This document shows, one piece after another, positions 48,445 to 57,704 of a stretch of DNA of 58,323 nt. Below the pieces are notes generated by a model. It was not told where the DNA came from. It worked only from the letters and a program-made list of their open reading frames with translations, and searched no databases. Each line of letters begins with the position of its first letter. The stretch's first letter is position 1. The translations under genes and the position numbers were made by a program. Source of the DNA: Halanaerobiales bacterium (lineage in GTDB: Bacteria > Bacillota > Halanaerobiia > Halanaerobiales > M55B127); NCBI GenBank assembly GCA_046482435.1, contig JAWOEZ010000004.1, positions 1 to 58,323 on the forward strand, in the 5' to 3' direction.

Positions 48445-48837
48445 TTGAGTGAGGAAGTATTAATAAGATTGAGGATGAGTACAAATGATGCTCATTATGC
48501 TGGTAATTTAGTTGATGGGGCAAAGATGTTAGAATTATTTGGAGATGTAGCTACTGAATTATTAATTAGAAATGATGGGGATGAAGGACTATTTTTATCC
48601 TATGATAATGTTGAATTTACAGCACCGGTTTATGCAGGGGATTTTATTGAAGCCAAAGGTAAAATTGTAAAGGAAGGTAATACATCTAGAAAAATGGAGT
48701 TTGCGGCTTATAAAGTCATTACTTCTTCGGACCAAGCAGAATTTGCTTCCGCTTGTGATGTATTAGAAGATCCTGGGTTAGTCTGTAAGGCTAGCGGGAC
48801 CTGTGTGGTACCAGCAGAAAGACAGAGGAACCAATAA
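48445..48837 (+). CDS. kal: 3-aminobutyryl-CoA ammonia lyase (hotdog fold)
   Basis: [41 protein letters not shown] 48445 is the likelier start, because GTG 48436 is part of the SD. Confidence 0.88.
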   Translation: MSEEVLIRLRMSTNDAHYAGNLVDGAKMLELFGDVATELLIRNDGDEGLFLSYDNVEFTAPVYAGDFIEAKGKIVKEGNTSRKMEFAAYKVITSSDQAEFASACDVLEDPGLVCKASGTCVVPAERQRNQ

Positions 48838-49652
48838 TGGATAAACTAATAATAACAGCTGCAATCTGTGGAGCTGAAGTTTCAAAAGAGGATAATCCAA
48901 ATTTACCGATCACAGCAGAGGAATTAGCAGAACAGGCATTAAAAGCTGAAGAAGCGGGAGCTTCTATAATCCATCTCCATGTCAGGGATCAAAATGGTAA
49001 TCCTACTCAAAGCAAGGAAGTCTTTAAAAGAGCAATTGACAAGATGAAAGAATACGGTGTAAAGGCAATTATTCAACCTTCTACTGGTGGGGCAGCTGGA
49101 ATGTCCTGGCGAGAAAGAATTCAACCTATTTATCTAGAACCGGAGATGGCAACTCTAGACTGTGGAACAACTAACTTCGGAGATGAGGTATTTATTAATG
49201 ACCTTCCTTTGATGAGAAACTTCGCTGAAGAGATGAAAAAATTAGATGTCTTACCTGAATTAGAGTGCTTTGAAGTCGGACATATCTATAATGCCCTTAA
49301 ATTAAGAAAGGAAGAATTGTTAGATAAACATCTTCATTTTGATTTAGTTTTAGGGGTTCCCGGAGCAATGCCTGCCTCTGTGAAAAATCTCTTGTTTATG
49401 GTAGAACATCTGCCGGGAGATGCAACCTGGACTGCTGCGGGTGTCGGCAGATATCAATTGGAAATTGCTTACCATACGATAATAATGGGTGGGCATGTAA
49501 GAGTAGGTTTTGAGGACAATATATATTATAAAAAAGGAGAATTAGCCCAGAGTAATGCCCAGCTGGTTAAAAGAATTGTTAGGTTGGCTGAAGAGTACGG
49601 TCGAGAAATTGCTAATCCTATAGAAGCCCGACAAATTTTAGAGATTAATTAA
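48837..49652 (+). CDS. kce: 3-keto-5-aminohexanoate cleavage enzyme
   Basis: KLIITAAICGAE, IIHLHVR, QPSTGG, PELECF, GGHVRVGFED. Confidence 0.9.
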   Translation: MDKLIITAAICGAEVSKEDNPNLPITAEELAEQALKAEEAGASIIHLHVRDQNGNPTQSKEVFKRAIDKMKEYGVKAIIQPSTGGAAGMSWRERIQPIYLEPEMATLDCGTTNFGDEVFINDLPLMRNFAEEMKKLDVLPELECFEVGHIYNALKLRKEELLDKHLHFDLVLGVPGAMPASVKNLLFMVEHLPGDATWTAAGVGRYQLEIAYHTIIMGGHVRVGFEDNIYYKKGELAQSNAQLVKRIVRLAEEYGREIANPIEARQILEIN

Positions 49653-49661
49653 AAATCGGAG

Positions 49662-50378
49662 GTGATTATTATTAATTATAACTTTGAAGATTTAAGTGCC
49701 CTGTTTATTAACTGTACTTTAAAGAGATCTCCCCGAAAGTCACATACCAGGGGCTTGATTGATGTTTCAAAACATATTATGGAAGAAAATGGTGTAGATG
49801 TTGAGGTATTAAGAGCTGCTGATTATGACATAGCAACTGGTGTTTATCCAGATATGACAGAATATGACTGGGAGCAAGATGATTGGCCTGAAATACAAAA
49901 AAAAGTTTTAAATTCCAATATATTGGTTTTGGGCACTCCAATCTGGCTCGGGGATAAGTCATCGGTCTGTAGTAAAGTAATTGAAAGATTATATAGTTAT
50001 TCAGGCGAATTAAATGATCAAGGACAGTATATATATTATGGACGTGTAGGAGGTACTATCATAACAGGGAATGAAGATGGAGTTAAACATTGTGCAATGA
50101 ATATTCTGTATTCCCTTCAGCATATAGGTTATGTAATCCCACCTCAGTCTGATGCCGGATGGCTTGGAGATATCGGACCGGGTAAATCATATTTAGATGA
50201 AGGATCAGGTGGACCTGAAAATGATTTTACCAACCGGAATACAACATTTATGACCTGGAATTTAATGCATATGGCAAAAATGATAAAAGAAAATGCGGGG
50301 ATTCCTGCTTATGGGAACCAGCGTTCTAAATGGGATGCAGGTTGTAGATTTGATAACCCCAATCCAGAGTATAGATAA
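49662..50378 (+). CDS. Flavodoxin family / NADPH-dependent FMN reductase
   Basis: FINCTLKRSP..SHT, GTPIWLG, ITGNEDG. The start codon is uncertain and may be AUU at 49671. Confidence 0.8.
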   Translation: MIIINYNFEDLSALFINCTLKRSPRKSHTRGLIDVSKHIMEENGVDVEVLRAADYDIATGVYPDMTEYDWEQDDWPEIQKKVLNSNILVLGTPIWLGDKSSVCSKVIERLYSYSGELNDQGQYIYYGRVGGTIITGNEDGVKHCAMNILYSLQHIGYVIPPQSDAGWLGDIGPGKSYLDEGSGGPENDFTNRNTTFMTWNLMHMAKMIKENAGIPAYGNQRSKWDAGCRFDNPNPEYR

Positions 50379-50400
50379 AATAATCAGGAGGTAATTAATA

Positions 50401-51435
50401 ATGAAAAAAGGTAATAAATATGGTTTACATAGAGTTATAAGTCCAAGCGGGGTATTACCCCAGCCTGCTCAGAAAATTGATAATACAATGGAATTATATG
50501 ATAATGAAATCCTAATTGATGTGGAAGTGTTAAATATTGATTCTGCTAGTTTCACTCAAATCAAAGAGGAAGTAGGAGAAAACGAAGAAAAAATAAAGGG
50601 AAAGATGATAAAAATAGTGAATAAAAGAGGTAAACACCATAATCCTGTGACAGGATCTGGTGGAATGTTAATAGGGACTGTTGCAGAACTCGGAGATAAA
50701 CTAAAAGATAGAGATCTCAAAGTAGGGGACCGGATTGCAACCCTTGTGTCTTTATCTTTGACTCCCCTTAAAATCGAGAAAATAAAAAAGGTTCATAAAG
50801 ATATAGATCAGGTTGAAGTGGAAGCAAAAGCTATATTATTTGAAAGCGGTATCTATGCAAAACTTCCCTCAGATATGAAAGATACTCTTTCTTTAGCTGT
50901 ACTTGACGTAGCCGGTGCAGCTGCTCAGACCGCCAAACTGGTAAAACCTGGTGATAATGTTTTAATTATAGGTGCTGGCGGTAAATCAGGTCTAATCTGT
51001 TTACATGAAGCTAAAAAACGAGCTGGTGTCACAGGTACTGTGATCGGGATGGGACATAGTGATGCCAGTTGTAAAAGAATAGATGAATTAGGACTTGCAG
51101 ATATAGTTTTACAGGGAGATGCAACCAAACCCGTAGAAACTATGGAACTTCTAAAACGAGAAAATGATGGGGAGTTAGCAGACCTAGTAATTAATAATGT
51201 TAATATTTCCGACACAGAAATGTCTTCCATATTATGTACTAAGGAGCAAGGGACAATCTATTTCTTTTCAATGGCCACTAGTTTTACCAAGGCAGCACTT
51301 GGTGCTGAAGGTGTTGGAAAAGATGTTAATATGATTATTGGTAATGGTTATACTGAAGGGCATGCTCAAATTTCCCTTGAAATCTTGAGGGAAAACAAAA
51401 AGTTAAGAGAAATTTTTGAAAGATTATATACTTAA
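50401..51435 (+). CDS. kdd: L-erythro-3,5-diaminohexanoate dehydrogenase
   Basis: YGLHRVI, LNIDSASF, GKHHNPVTGSGGML, LDVAGA, GAGGKSG, FFSMATSF, GNGY. Confidence 0.9.
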   Translation: MKKGNKYGLHRVISPSGVLPQPAQKIDNTMELYDNEILIDVEVLNIDSASFTQIKEEVGENEEKIKGKMIKIVNKRGKHHNPVTGSGGMLIGTVAELGDKLKDRDLKVGDRIATLVSLSLTPLKIEKIKKVHKDIDQVEVEAKAILFESGIYAKLPSDMKDTLSLAVLDVAGAAAQTAKLVKPGDNVLIIGAGGKSGLICLHEAKKRAGVTGTVIGMGHSDASCKRIDELGLADIVLQGDATKPVETMELLKRENDGELADLVINNVNISDTEMSSILCTKEQGTIYFFSMATSFTKAALGAEGVGKDVNMIIGNGYTEGHAQISLEILRENKKLREIFERLYT

Positions 51436-51453
51436 TCAAAAGGGGTTTTCAAT

Positions 51454-51927
51454 GTGAATCTAGAAAATAAGCAGGAAAATTACGAAGCAATATTTGATAG
51501 TCTGAAAGCTTTAATTGAAGGTGAAAAAGATTGGATAGCTAACTTAGCAAATGTTTCAGCTTTACTTTACCATCAATTAGAAGATGTTAATTGGGCGGGT
51601 TTTTACCTGGTGAGAGAAGGAGAATTAGTATTAGGACCTTTTCAGGGCAAACCAGCCTGTATAAGAATCGAAATAGGGTCAGGGGTCTGTGGTTCTGCTG
51701 TTGAAGAGGGGAAAACCTATATAGTAGATGATGTTCATAAATTTAACGGACATATCGCTTGTGACCCTAATTCAAGTTCGGAAATAGTAGTCCCACTTTT
51801 TTATAATGAAGAAATTATTGGGGTACTTGATATTGACAGTCCAACTTTAAGTAATTTTGATGAAGTGGATAAAGAGTTTTTAGAAAAAATGATGGATCAT
51901 TTGCTAGAAGTTTCAGAACTTGAATAA
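51454..51927 (+). CDS. msrC: GAF-domain free methionine-R-sulfoxide reductase
   Basis: NWAGFY, GPFQGKPAC, GVCG, GHIACD, SEIVVP, LDIDS. Confidence 0.88.
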   Translation: MNLENKQENYEAIFDSLKALIEGEKDWIANLANVSALLYHQLEDVNWAGFYLVREGELVLGPFQGKPACIRIEIGSGVCGSAVEEGKTYIVDDVHKFNGHIACDPNSSSEIVVPLFYNEEIIGVLDIDSPTLSNFDEVDKEFLEKMMDHLLEVSELE

Positions 51928-51946
51928 TTAAATAAAGGAAGGAGTA

Positions 51947-52819
51947 TTGATCTTGAATATAAATAAAAAAAGATTAGTAAAACAGGCAGTACAGGGAGCA
52001 ATATCTCATCCCTTATCAGCACGAACTCCTTATCGAATGGATAGGGAGGGTAAAGGTCAAATTTTACCCGGTACAGGAGGGATTTCCTATAATGTAAGAA
52101 TCGGCGATCCAGCATTTGGCTGGGCAGGAGACCATATTGAACCTGGTGTCAGTATGAAGATAAGTGACAAAAATAAAAAGAATGATAATTATGGTCTGGG
52201 CTTATTAGCCTGTATCGGTAATAAGGCAAAAATTATAAGTGGAGATGCCGAAGGGACTTATGGCTATGTGACTGGAACACATGGTGGAATTGGCCATGTG
52301 ATTATAGATTTTGAACCGGAAGTTTTGGAAAAGTTAACGATTGATGATAAAATTTTAATAAAGGCTTTTGGGCAGGGATTAAAATTAAATGACTATCCTG
52401 AAATAAGTTTATTCAATCTCGATCCTAATTTATTAGATAAAATGAATATAAGCGAACAGGATGGGTACCTAGAAGTAGGTGTAACTACTGCAATACCTGC
52501 TCACTTAATGGGCTCTGGAATAGGTTCCTCTAGTGTAGCATTAGGCGATTATGATATTACAACTGGTGATGAAGAGGAAATCAAAAATCTTGGGATCGAT
52601 AAATTAAAATTTGGAGATTTTGTATATTTAAAAGACTCAGACAATACTTATGGTAGAGAATTTAAAAAAGGTGCTGGAAGTATTGGAGTTGTAGTTCATA
52701 GTGACTGCATAAAAATGGGCCACGGTCCTGGAGTAACAACTGTCATGACAGCTAAGAAAAATTTAATAAGACCTAAAATTGATGAAAAGGCTAATCTTAT
52801 TAATTACCTGTATGATTAA
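51947..52819 (+). CDS. Conserved protein of unknown function (DUF4438-like)
   Basis: LPGTGGISYNV.IGD, GDHIEPGVS, ACIGN, GTHGG, MGSGIG, GHGPG. Family recognised from memory only. Confidence 0.65.
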   Translation: MILNINKKRLVKQAVQGAISHPLSARTPYRMDREGKGQILPGTGGISYNVRIGDPAFGWAGDHIEPGVSMKISDKNKKNDNYGLGLLACIGNKAKIISGDAEGTYGYVTGTHGGIGHVIIDFEPEVLEKLTIDDKILIKAFGQGLKLNDYPEISLFNLDPNLLDKMNISEQDGYLEVGVTTAIPAHLMGSGIGSSSVALGDYDITTGDEEEIKNLGIDKLKFGDFVYLKDSDNTYGREFKKGAGSIGVVVHSDCIKMGHGPGVTTVMTAKKNLIRPKIDEKANLINYLYD

Positions 52820-52846
52820 TTGTAAAATCTTCTAATAAATGGTATC

Positions 52847-52888
52847 TTGACACAATTTACTCAGAGTGCTATAATCATAATCAGTAAT
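52847..52888 (+). promoter_or_regulatory. Consensus SigA promoter with an overlapping Fur/PerR-like box
   Basis: TTGACA-17-TATAAT with an extended TG. TATAATCATAATCAGTAAT (52870-88) matches the Fur 19-mer at 14/19 positions. Confidence 0.65.
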
Positions 52889-52924
52889 TATTGTTGATAA
52901 GAATATATAAAGGGAGGAATTAAT

Positions 52925-53482
52925 ATGGTTAAAAATGATATGACAGCACAAAATTTAAGATCAGCTTATGGAGGAGAAAGTCAGGCATTTCAAAGATATA
53001 AGGTTTGGGGTGACAAGGCTGAAAAAGAAGGATATCCTAATGTGGGTTTACTTTTTAAAGCTATTGCTTATGCAGAACAAGTACATGCAAGTAATCACTT
53101 CGAGGCCTTAGATAATTGTATGGGAGATTTCCTTGTAGCTTCAGGTGCTGTATTTGGTATCGGCTCAACAGCCGAAAATTTGGAAGGTGCTAAAGCTGGT
53201 GAAGATTTTGAAATAGATCAGATGTATCCTACATACAATCTGGTAGCAAAAGAGCAACAGGAAAATGAAGCAGTTCGTTCTTTCCATTATGCACTTGAAG
53301 CCGAAAAAATACATTCTAAATTCTTTGGGGAAGCACGGGAATCAGTTTTAGATGGTCAAGATATTGAATTAGAATCAGTTAGTATCTGTGAAGTATGTGG
53401 ACATACTGTAAAAGATGGTACTCCTGATGAATGTCCAATTTGTGGTGCACCTAAAGAAGATTTTAAAGTATTTGAAAAATAA
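52925..53482 (+). CDS. rbr: Rubrerythrin
   Basis: AYGGESQA, EQVHA, GEDFE, EKIH di-iron motifs, plus a C-terminal CEVCG...CPICG rubredoxin domain. Confidence 0.92.
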   Translation: MVKNDMTAQNLRSAYGGESQAFQRYKVWGDKAEKEGYPNVGLLFKAIAYAEQVHASNHFEALDNCMGDFLVASGAVFGIGSTAENLEGAKAGEDFEIDQMYPTYNLVAKEQQENEAVRSFHYALEAEKIHSKFFGEARESVLDGQDIELESVSICEVCGHTVKDGTPDECPICGAPKEDFKVFEK

Positions 53483-53529
53483 TAATAGATACATTATAAT
53501 TGTATTAGAAACAAGAAGGGGGAATATCG

Positions 53530-53880
53530 ATGTCCAAATATGAAGTTCAAACTTTAAAAGATCCTAATGATAAGACTGTATTGGAAAAGAAACATATTCC
53601 TTTTATTACTGCTCCTGATAGTGTGGAAAAAGGTGAAGTTTTTGAAGTTACTGTTAAGATGGGTAAAGAAATTGACCACCCGATGGAAGATGGACATTTT
53701 ATTGAGTTCTTCGATGTATATGCTGGGGACATGAAAGTTGCCAACGTGACATTCACTCCTGAATGTGAAGCAGAAGCTAAATTGAAATTAAAATTAGATG
53801 AAACAGTAACCTTAAAAGTTGAAGAATTTTGTAACCTACACGGTTATTGGAAAAATGAAACAGAAATCAAAGTTAAATAA
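53530..53880 (+). CDS. Neelaredoxin-type (class II) superoxide reductase
   Basis: EKKHIP, HPMEDGH, FCNLHG. Confidence 0.87.
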   Translation: MSKYEVQTLKDPNDKTVLEKKHIPFITAPDSVEKGEVFEVTVKMGKEIDHPMEDGHFIEFFDVYAGDMKVANVTFTPECEAEAKLKLKLDETVTLKVEEFCNLHGYWKNETEIKVK

Positions 53881-53899
53881 TATATAAAAGTTTTAAATT

Positions 53900-53939
53900 A
53901 TATCCTCTCCTCGGAACGCACGAAGGAGGGGATATTTTA
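53900..53939 (+). terminator. Probable terminator after rbr-sor
   Basis: Imperfect stem ATATCCTCTCC...GGAGGGGATAT with a short T-tract. Confidence 0.5.
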
Positions 53940-53956
53940 TATCAAGGGGATTATTT

Positions 53957-54460
53957 ATGGATAAAATTAATGATTATTTAAAAAAAGATTTAAAGATAAT
54001 ATTTATAGGTTTTAATCCAGGTATAAAGTCTTCTAAAACAGGTTATCATTATGCCCATTCTACCAATAGGTTCTATAAATTATTATATGAATCAGGGTTA
54101 ACACCTAGACTATATAAGCCAGAAGAAGACTATAAATTACTTGGATTAGGTTATGGCTTAACTAATATAGTTTCTCGTCCAACCCAGTCAGCAGATAAAA
54201 TAAAAGAAAAAGAATATGAAAAAGGAAGAAAAGAACTGTTAGAAAAACTAAAAAAATATAAGCCCGGAGTTGCTTGTTTTATGGGGATTGGTGTTTATAA
54301 AGAATTTTCTAATAAAGATAATGTAAATAGAGGTTTACAGGATGAGAGCCATGTTGAGGATGTAAAAGAATTTGTGATTTCTTCTCCCAGTGGTTTAAAT
54401 AGAACTTCTTATGAAAAACAGTTAGAGAACTACAAAAAATTAAAAAAACACATAGAATAA
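53957..54460 (+). CDS. mug: Mismatch-specific uracil/thymine DNA glycosylase (Mug/TDG family)
   Basis: FIGFNPG, YHYAHSTNRFYKLL, GLTNIV.RPT, SPSGLN. Confidence 0.88.
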   Translation: MDKINDYLKKDLKIIFIGFNPGIKSSKTGYHYAHSTNRFYKLLYESGLTPRLYKPEEDYKLLGLGYGLTNIVSRPTQSADKIKEKEYEKGRKELLEKLKKYKPGVACFMGIGVYKEFSNKDNVNRGLQDESHVEDVKEFVISSPSGLNRTSYEKQLENYKKLKKHIE

Positions 54461-54576
54461 GGAGCAAGTTATTTATTAAAGCTATTAAAAAGCCACCCAA
54501 ATGAATTTAAATTTTTAAACCCGATTAATATTGAAATTAAGGCAAATAAAACTTAAGGGTAGATGAGGGGATTCTG

Positions 54577-55716
54577 ATGTTTAAATATATTAAAGACAAT
54601 ATATATCCAATTCCAACTAAATATGAAAAAGAATTCAAAATAAATAAGTTTAATCGCAACAATTTTAGGATTTTATTGGTTTCAAGCTTTTTAATAGTTG
54701 AACAATTATATTATGCCTTATTTGTGAGTACTTCTGGAAGCCTTTCACAAAAAGTATTCTATGCTACTTCATTTATTATGATAATATTTGCAGTAATTAG
54801 TATTTATTTTTATTACAATAAACCACTGGAAATAAAAATTTATCATAATATTTATGTGAAAGGGATCGGAATTATAGGGATAACAATAGTTTTAATTAGA
54901 GTAGTTATCTCCTCGGGTCAAATCATTCGACTTCCCACGGTTTATATTGCTCTGATTTATGGTTTGGCAGTTATATTTTATTATGGCTACTTGGAAAGTT
55001 TATTTATTTATCTTTATGGAATTATATTACTGTATTTCGTGGCTTCAATGTATAATCCAACTTTATTGGAAAGAACAATAATTTCTGATGCTTTGTCAAA
55101 TAATATGATTGCTTGGATAGCGTCAATGGTAATTTATAGGAAGTTTATAAATGAATTTATTAACCAGAAAATGATAGAAGAGAAAAATAAAAAGCTGAAT
55201 AAGATAAATATAAAACTAAAAGAGATTTCAGACCAGGATAAGTTAACGGGCATTTACAATAGGCGTAAACTAGATGATATTTTAAAAGATATTCACAACG
55301 AGTCACAAAGATATAATAATGATTTTTCAATAATATTATTAGATCTTGATCATTTTAAGGAAGTAAATGATAATTATGGTCACCAAACGGGGGACGAAGT
55401 TTTGAAAGAAGTAAGTTCACTACTGTTGGATAAGATAAGGAAAGTAGATTATTGTGGCCGTTGGGGTGGGGAAGAGTTTCTCATCATATTACCTGAAACA
55501 GACCTAGATTCTGCAGTTATCTTGGCAGAAAGACTTCGTGGTGAGATAGAAGATTATGAATTTACTAAAGTTGGAAACATAACAAGCAGTTTTGGAGTAG
55601 CTTCTTATTTAGAAAATAAAGATATAAGGGAGATAATAAAAGCTGCTGATGATGCTTTATATAAGGCAAAAGAAGAGGGCAGAAATCGAGTAGAAACGAT
55701 AGAAAATAAACATTGA
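54577..55716 (+). CDS. Membrane-bound diguanylate cyclase
   Basis: About six N-terminal TM segments, DKLTGIYNRR, DLDHFKEVND.YGH..GD, RKVD I-site, RWGGEEF. Confidence 0.9.
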   Translation: MFKYIKDNIYPIPTKYEKEFKINKFNRNNFRILLVSSFLIVEQLYYALFVSTSGSLSQKVFYATSFIMIIFAVISIYFYYNKPLEIKIYHNIYVKGIGIIGITIVLIRVVISSGQIIRLPTVYIALIYGLAVIFYYGYLESLFIYLYGIILLYFVASMYNPTLLERTIISDALSNNMIAWIASMVIYRKFINEFINQKMIEEKNKKLNKINIKLKEISDQDKLTGIYNRRKLDDILKDIHNESQRYNNDFSIILLDLDHFKEVNDNYGHQTGDEVLKEVSSLLLDKIRKVDYCGRWGGEEFLIILPETDLDSAVILAERLRGEIEDYEFTKVGNITSSFGVASYLENKDIREIIKAADDALYKAKEEGRNRVETIENKH

Positions 55717-55916
55717 GGGAAGACTTATTTTCTTATTTTAATAATTTTTTTCATCCTCTTTATAAATTAGACAGTACTAACTTGATTAATGTCTTAACAT
55801 GTCAAAATATTTCGTTCTTTCCTATTTAGATATGGAAAATTTGTGAAATAAACCTTGCAATTTTATAATTTTTTGAATAGGTTAGTTAGTGCAAAGAGAA
55901 GTTGGTTGAAGTATTA

Positions 55917-56005
55917 AATAAAGCTAAAAGTTACCGGCTGTTCTTTAAATACTTTGAGACATTAAAGTATAAAAACAATACTTTGGTTGTAGTATCTTTA
56001 ATTAG
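55917..56005 (+). pseudogene. Possible highly degraded tnpB N-terminal (HTH_OrfB_IS605) relic
   Basis: NKAKSYRLF ... (frameshift) FGCS resembles KAYKYRLYP...TFGC.R. Short and degenerate. Confidence 0.25.
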
Positions 56006-56375
56006 AGATGGTTTTGAGTATTAATTAACTTAAAATTAGTTAACTATCTTTTAAGAGTAATTATCAGTGTGAAAAGTCCATTTTAGATACAATATATTAA
56101 CTATTTCTTCTTGTGAGGAAGTTGACCCCACAAAAGTTTGACAGAAACCACAGATTATAATAACTTGAAAATCAGTCAGGAAGTGGTATACTTTTATTAA
56201 CCACATATAAATAAGGATAATGAGTAAAGGCCATGATATAATTTTTAACCGGGAGATCGTCTTCTTTTTTTGCGATTGTTGGTTGCCCACTTAAAAAAGA
56301 TTTTTAAAATAAAAATAGAGACAGTTAAGGATATATATAATCTAAAAGAAATTTATGCTAGGAAGGGGCTTATCA

Positions 56376-56658
56376 ATAATATATCTTGAACATAATGCCA
56401 CAACCTCGATCGATGAAGATTTGGCAGAAGAAATGGAAAATATATTTACCATCATTTTGGTAATCCTGAAAGTAGTCATCCTAGCAAGCGTCTTCCAAAT
56501 ACTTTGAATGTCAATTTTTAGAATACAGAGGCCAAGAAATTTTAGATCATTTAGAAAAAGTTGTGGTCTCGACAGGTTCAACCCGTCATTTCGATTCGAT
56601 TGAAATATCTACTGTCTTAAAGGCGATGCCGGTAACACAAGAGGAAGGCCGGGTTGCT
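56376..56658 (+). pseudogene. Cysteine desulfurase (IscS/NifS) remnant, internally deleted and interrupted by the IS
   Basis: IYLEHNATT..DE..AEEM / HFGNPESSH at the 5' end and VSTGSTRH...STVLKAM at the 3' end (STGSAC motif with the Cys lost). It ends exactly at the IS right end. Confidence 0.72.
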
Positions 56659-56930
56659 TTGACATTCTCCCCGTCCGTTTCTACCGTCACGAACGAGGAT
56701 TCCTTAAAGGAACTTTCACCGAAACTCTCTTGTGTACTACGCAATGATAGTTCCGGTATTAGACCATCGAGGCCGTTACGAGGTTGTACCAGGGGTACTC
56801 CCTGTTATAAAATTCATACAAACACATTAAGGTTGTACCAGGGGTACTCCCTGCTAAAAAAATCATACAACCACATTAAGGTTGAGCCCTCAACTTTCCT
56901 GAGATATGGATATACCAACTCAGGCACTTA
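56659..56930 (-). ncRNA. Putative TnpB omega-RNA (reRNA) scaffold
   Basis: GC-rich, hairpin-dense segment between the tnpB end and the right end: CCTGAG/CTCAGG 56898-56924, GTTGAG/CTCAAC 56881-94, TTCCTT/AAGGAA 56700-12, and the terminal hairpin. The guide would begin AGCAACCCGGCCUUCC. Confidence 0.6.
56781..56884. repeat. 49-bp tandem duplication (2 units plus a 6-bp partial unit)
   Basis: Units start at 56781 and 56830 and are 45/49 identical. The first 24 bp (AGGTTGTACCAGGGGTACTCCCTG) are identical and contain a CAGGG/CCCTG hairpin. Confidence 0.9.
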
Positions 56931-57704
56931 AACTATTACCATTAAAGCAGATTGTTGTCCTAAATGTGCTATATTTTACTTGTGTTTAGATCAGCTTCGA
57001 TATGATTCTGACACTCGCAAGAATATAAATTGCCTTTACGATTGGATTTTTTAACTTGGCCACATTTAGAACAACTCTGGGAGGTATGTTTAGGGTCAAT
57101 ATATTATACCTTAATCCCAGCCAATTCAGCTTTATATTCAATAAAATTTTGCAGTTGATAGAAAGTCCAATTAGGGGGGTTTCTATCAGCCCGATAAATA
57201 CTTTGAGCAGTTTGACGGATATTTTCTAGATTCTCCCTAACTATAGGGCCAACTTTCTCTTGCACAGCAAGATTAATAAGTTGACGAGAAATTTTATGGT
57301 TTAAATCAGTCCTCCCTCTTTGCTTTTTATCATTGTTTTTTTTGATAGTATTAATTTTTTAGCTTGACCTAGTTTCCTTCTTAAAGAACGATATTTTTTA
57401 CGAATAAAACGCGCTTGATTACCATTATGAAACTGACGGTTGATCTCTTTACCAGCCGGATTTTGAATACTAACAACAGCTAATTTTCCAAGTTCCATAT
57501 CAATACCCATTATATTAGAGTTATTAGTTTCTTTATCTGAATCAGAGTTCATAAATTCCTTATATATTTTTTTAACTTCTCTAATATTCAGATCCTTAAC
57601 AGCAGCGACATTTTGGCGATTTTTAACTACTTCTGCTATATTGTCTAAAAATATATCTTTTCTTTTGTTGGTTTAAGCAATTCTAGAACATAGGTTATTT
57701 ACAT
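56928..57704 (-). pseudogene. tnpB: TnpB RNA-guided nuclease pseudogene
   Basis: M*ITYVLELLKPTKEK N-terminus, large internal deletion, RuvC-I MGID, NHKISRQLI, RuvC-II RENL, WTFYQL..FIEYKA..AGIKV*YIDPKHTSQSCSKCG, CEC, RuvC-III ADLN. Contains stops and frameshifts. Confidence 0.88.

Noticed and set aside
567-54500. Many short opposite-strand ORFs in the ORF track (e.g. 35562-36113, 7193-7603, 16463-16885)
   Set aside because: They are antisense shadows of well-supported genes, with no RBS or recognisable motifs.
54460-54577. c-di-GMP riboswitch before the diguanylate cyclase (GGCAAA present)
   Set aside because: The GEMM P1/P2 stems and the downstream GCAAA/GNRA elements are missing.
543-55716. 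Selenocysteine or pyrrolysine read-through in the Mo-hydroxylase, ssnA or kam genes
   Set aside because: The TGA/TAG stops I checked fall at natural domain ends and the downstream genes are out of frame. The ssnA TGA is followed immediately by TAA.
56051-56290. 79-aa hydrophobic ORF on the minus strand
   Set aside because: GTG start with no SD, no recognisable family, and it lies in a decayed region. It cannot be supported as a gene.
56635-56735. 9-bp inverted repeat ACACAAGAG/CTCTTGTGT between the flank and the omega-RNA scaffold
   Set aside because: One arm lies in iscS-derived coding sequence, and a 9-bp match is plausible by chance.
56560-56780. GC-rich structured stretch as tmRNA, tRNA or tracrRNA
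   Set aside because: No tRNA-like acceptor or T-arm, and no tag ORF. It is explained by the iscS relic plus the IS605-type right end.
56781-56884. Repeat as a CRISPR array
   Set aside because: Only two units, the would-be spacers are 21/25 identical to each other, and there is no cas1/cas2 or leader. It is a tandem duplication.
56563-56931. 122-aa ORF on the + strand as a real gene
   Set aside because: It is a chimera of the iscS C-terminal relic and the antisense of the IS right end and repeat region.
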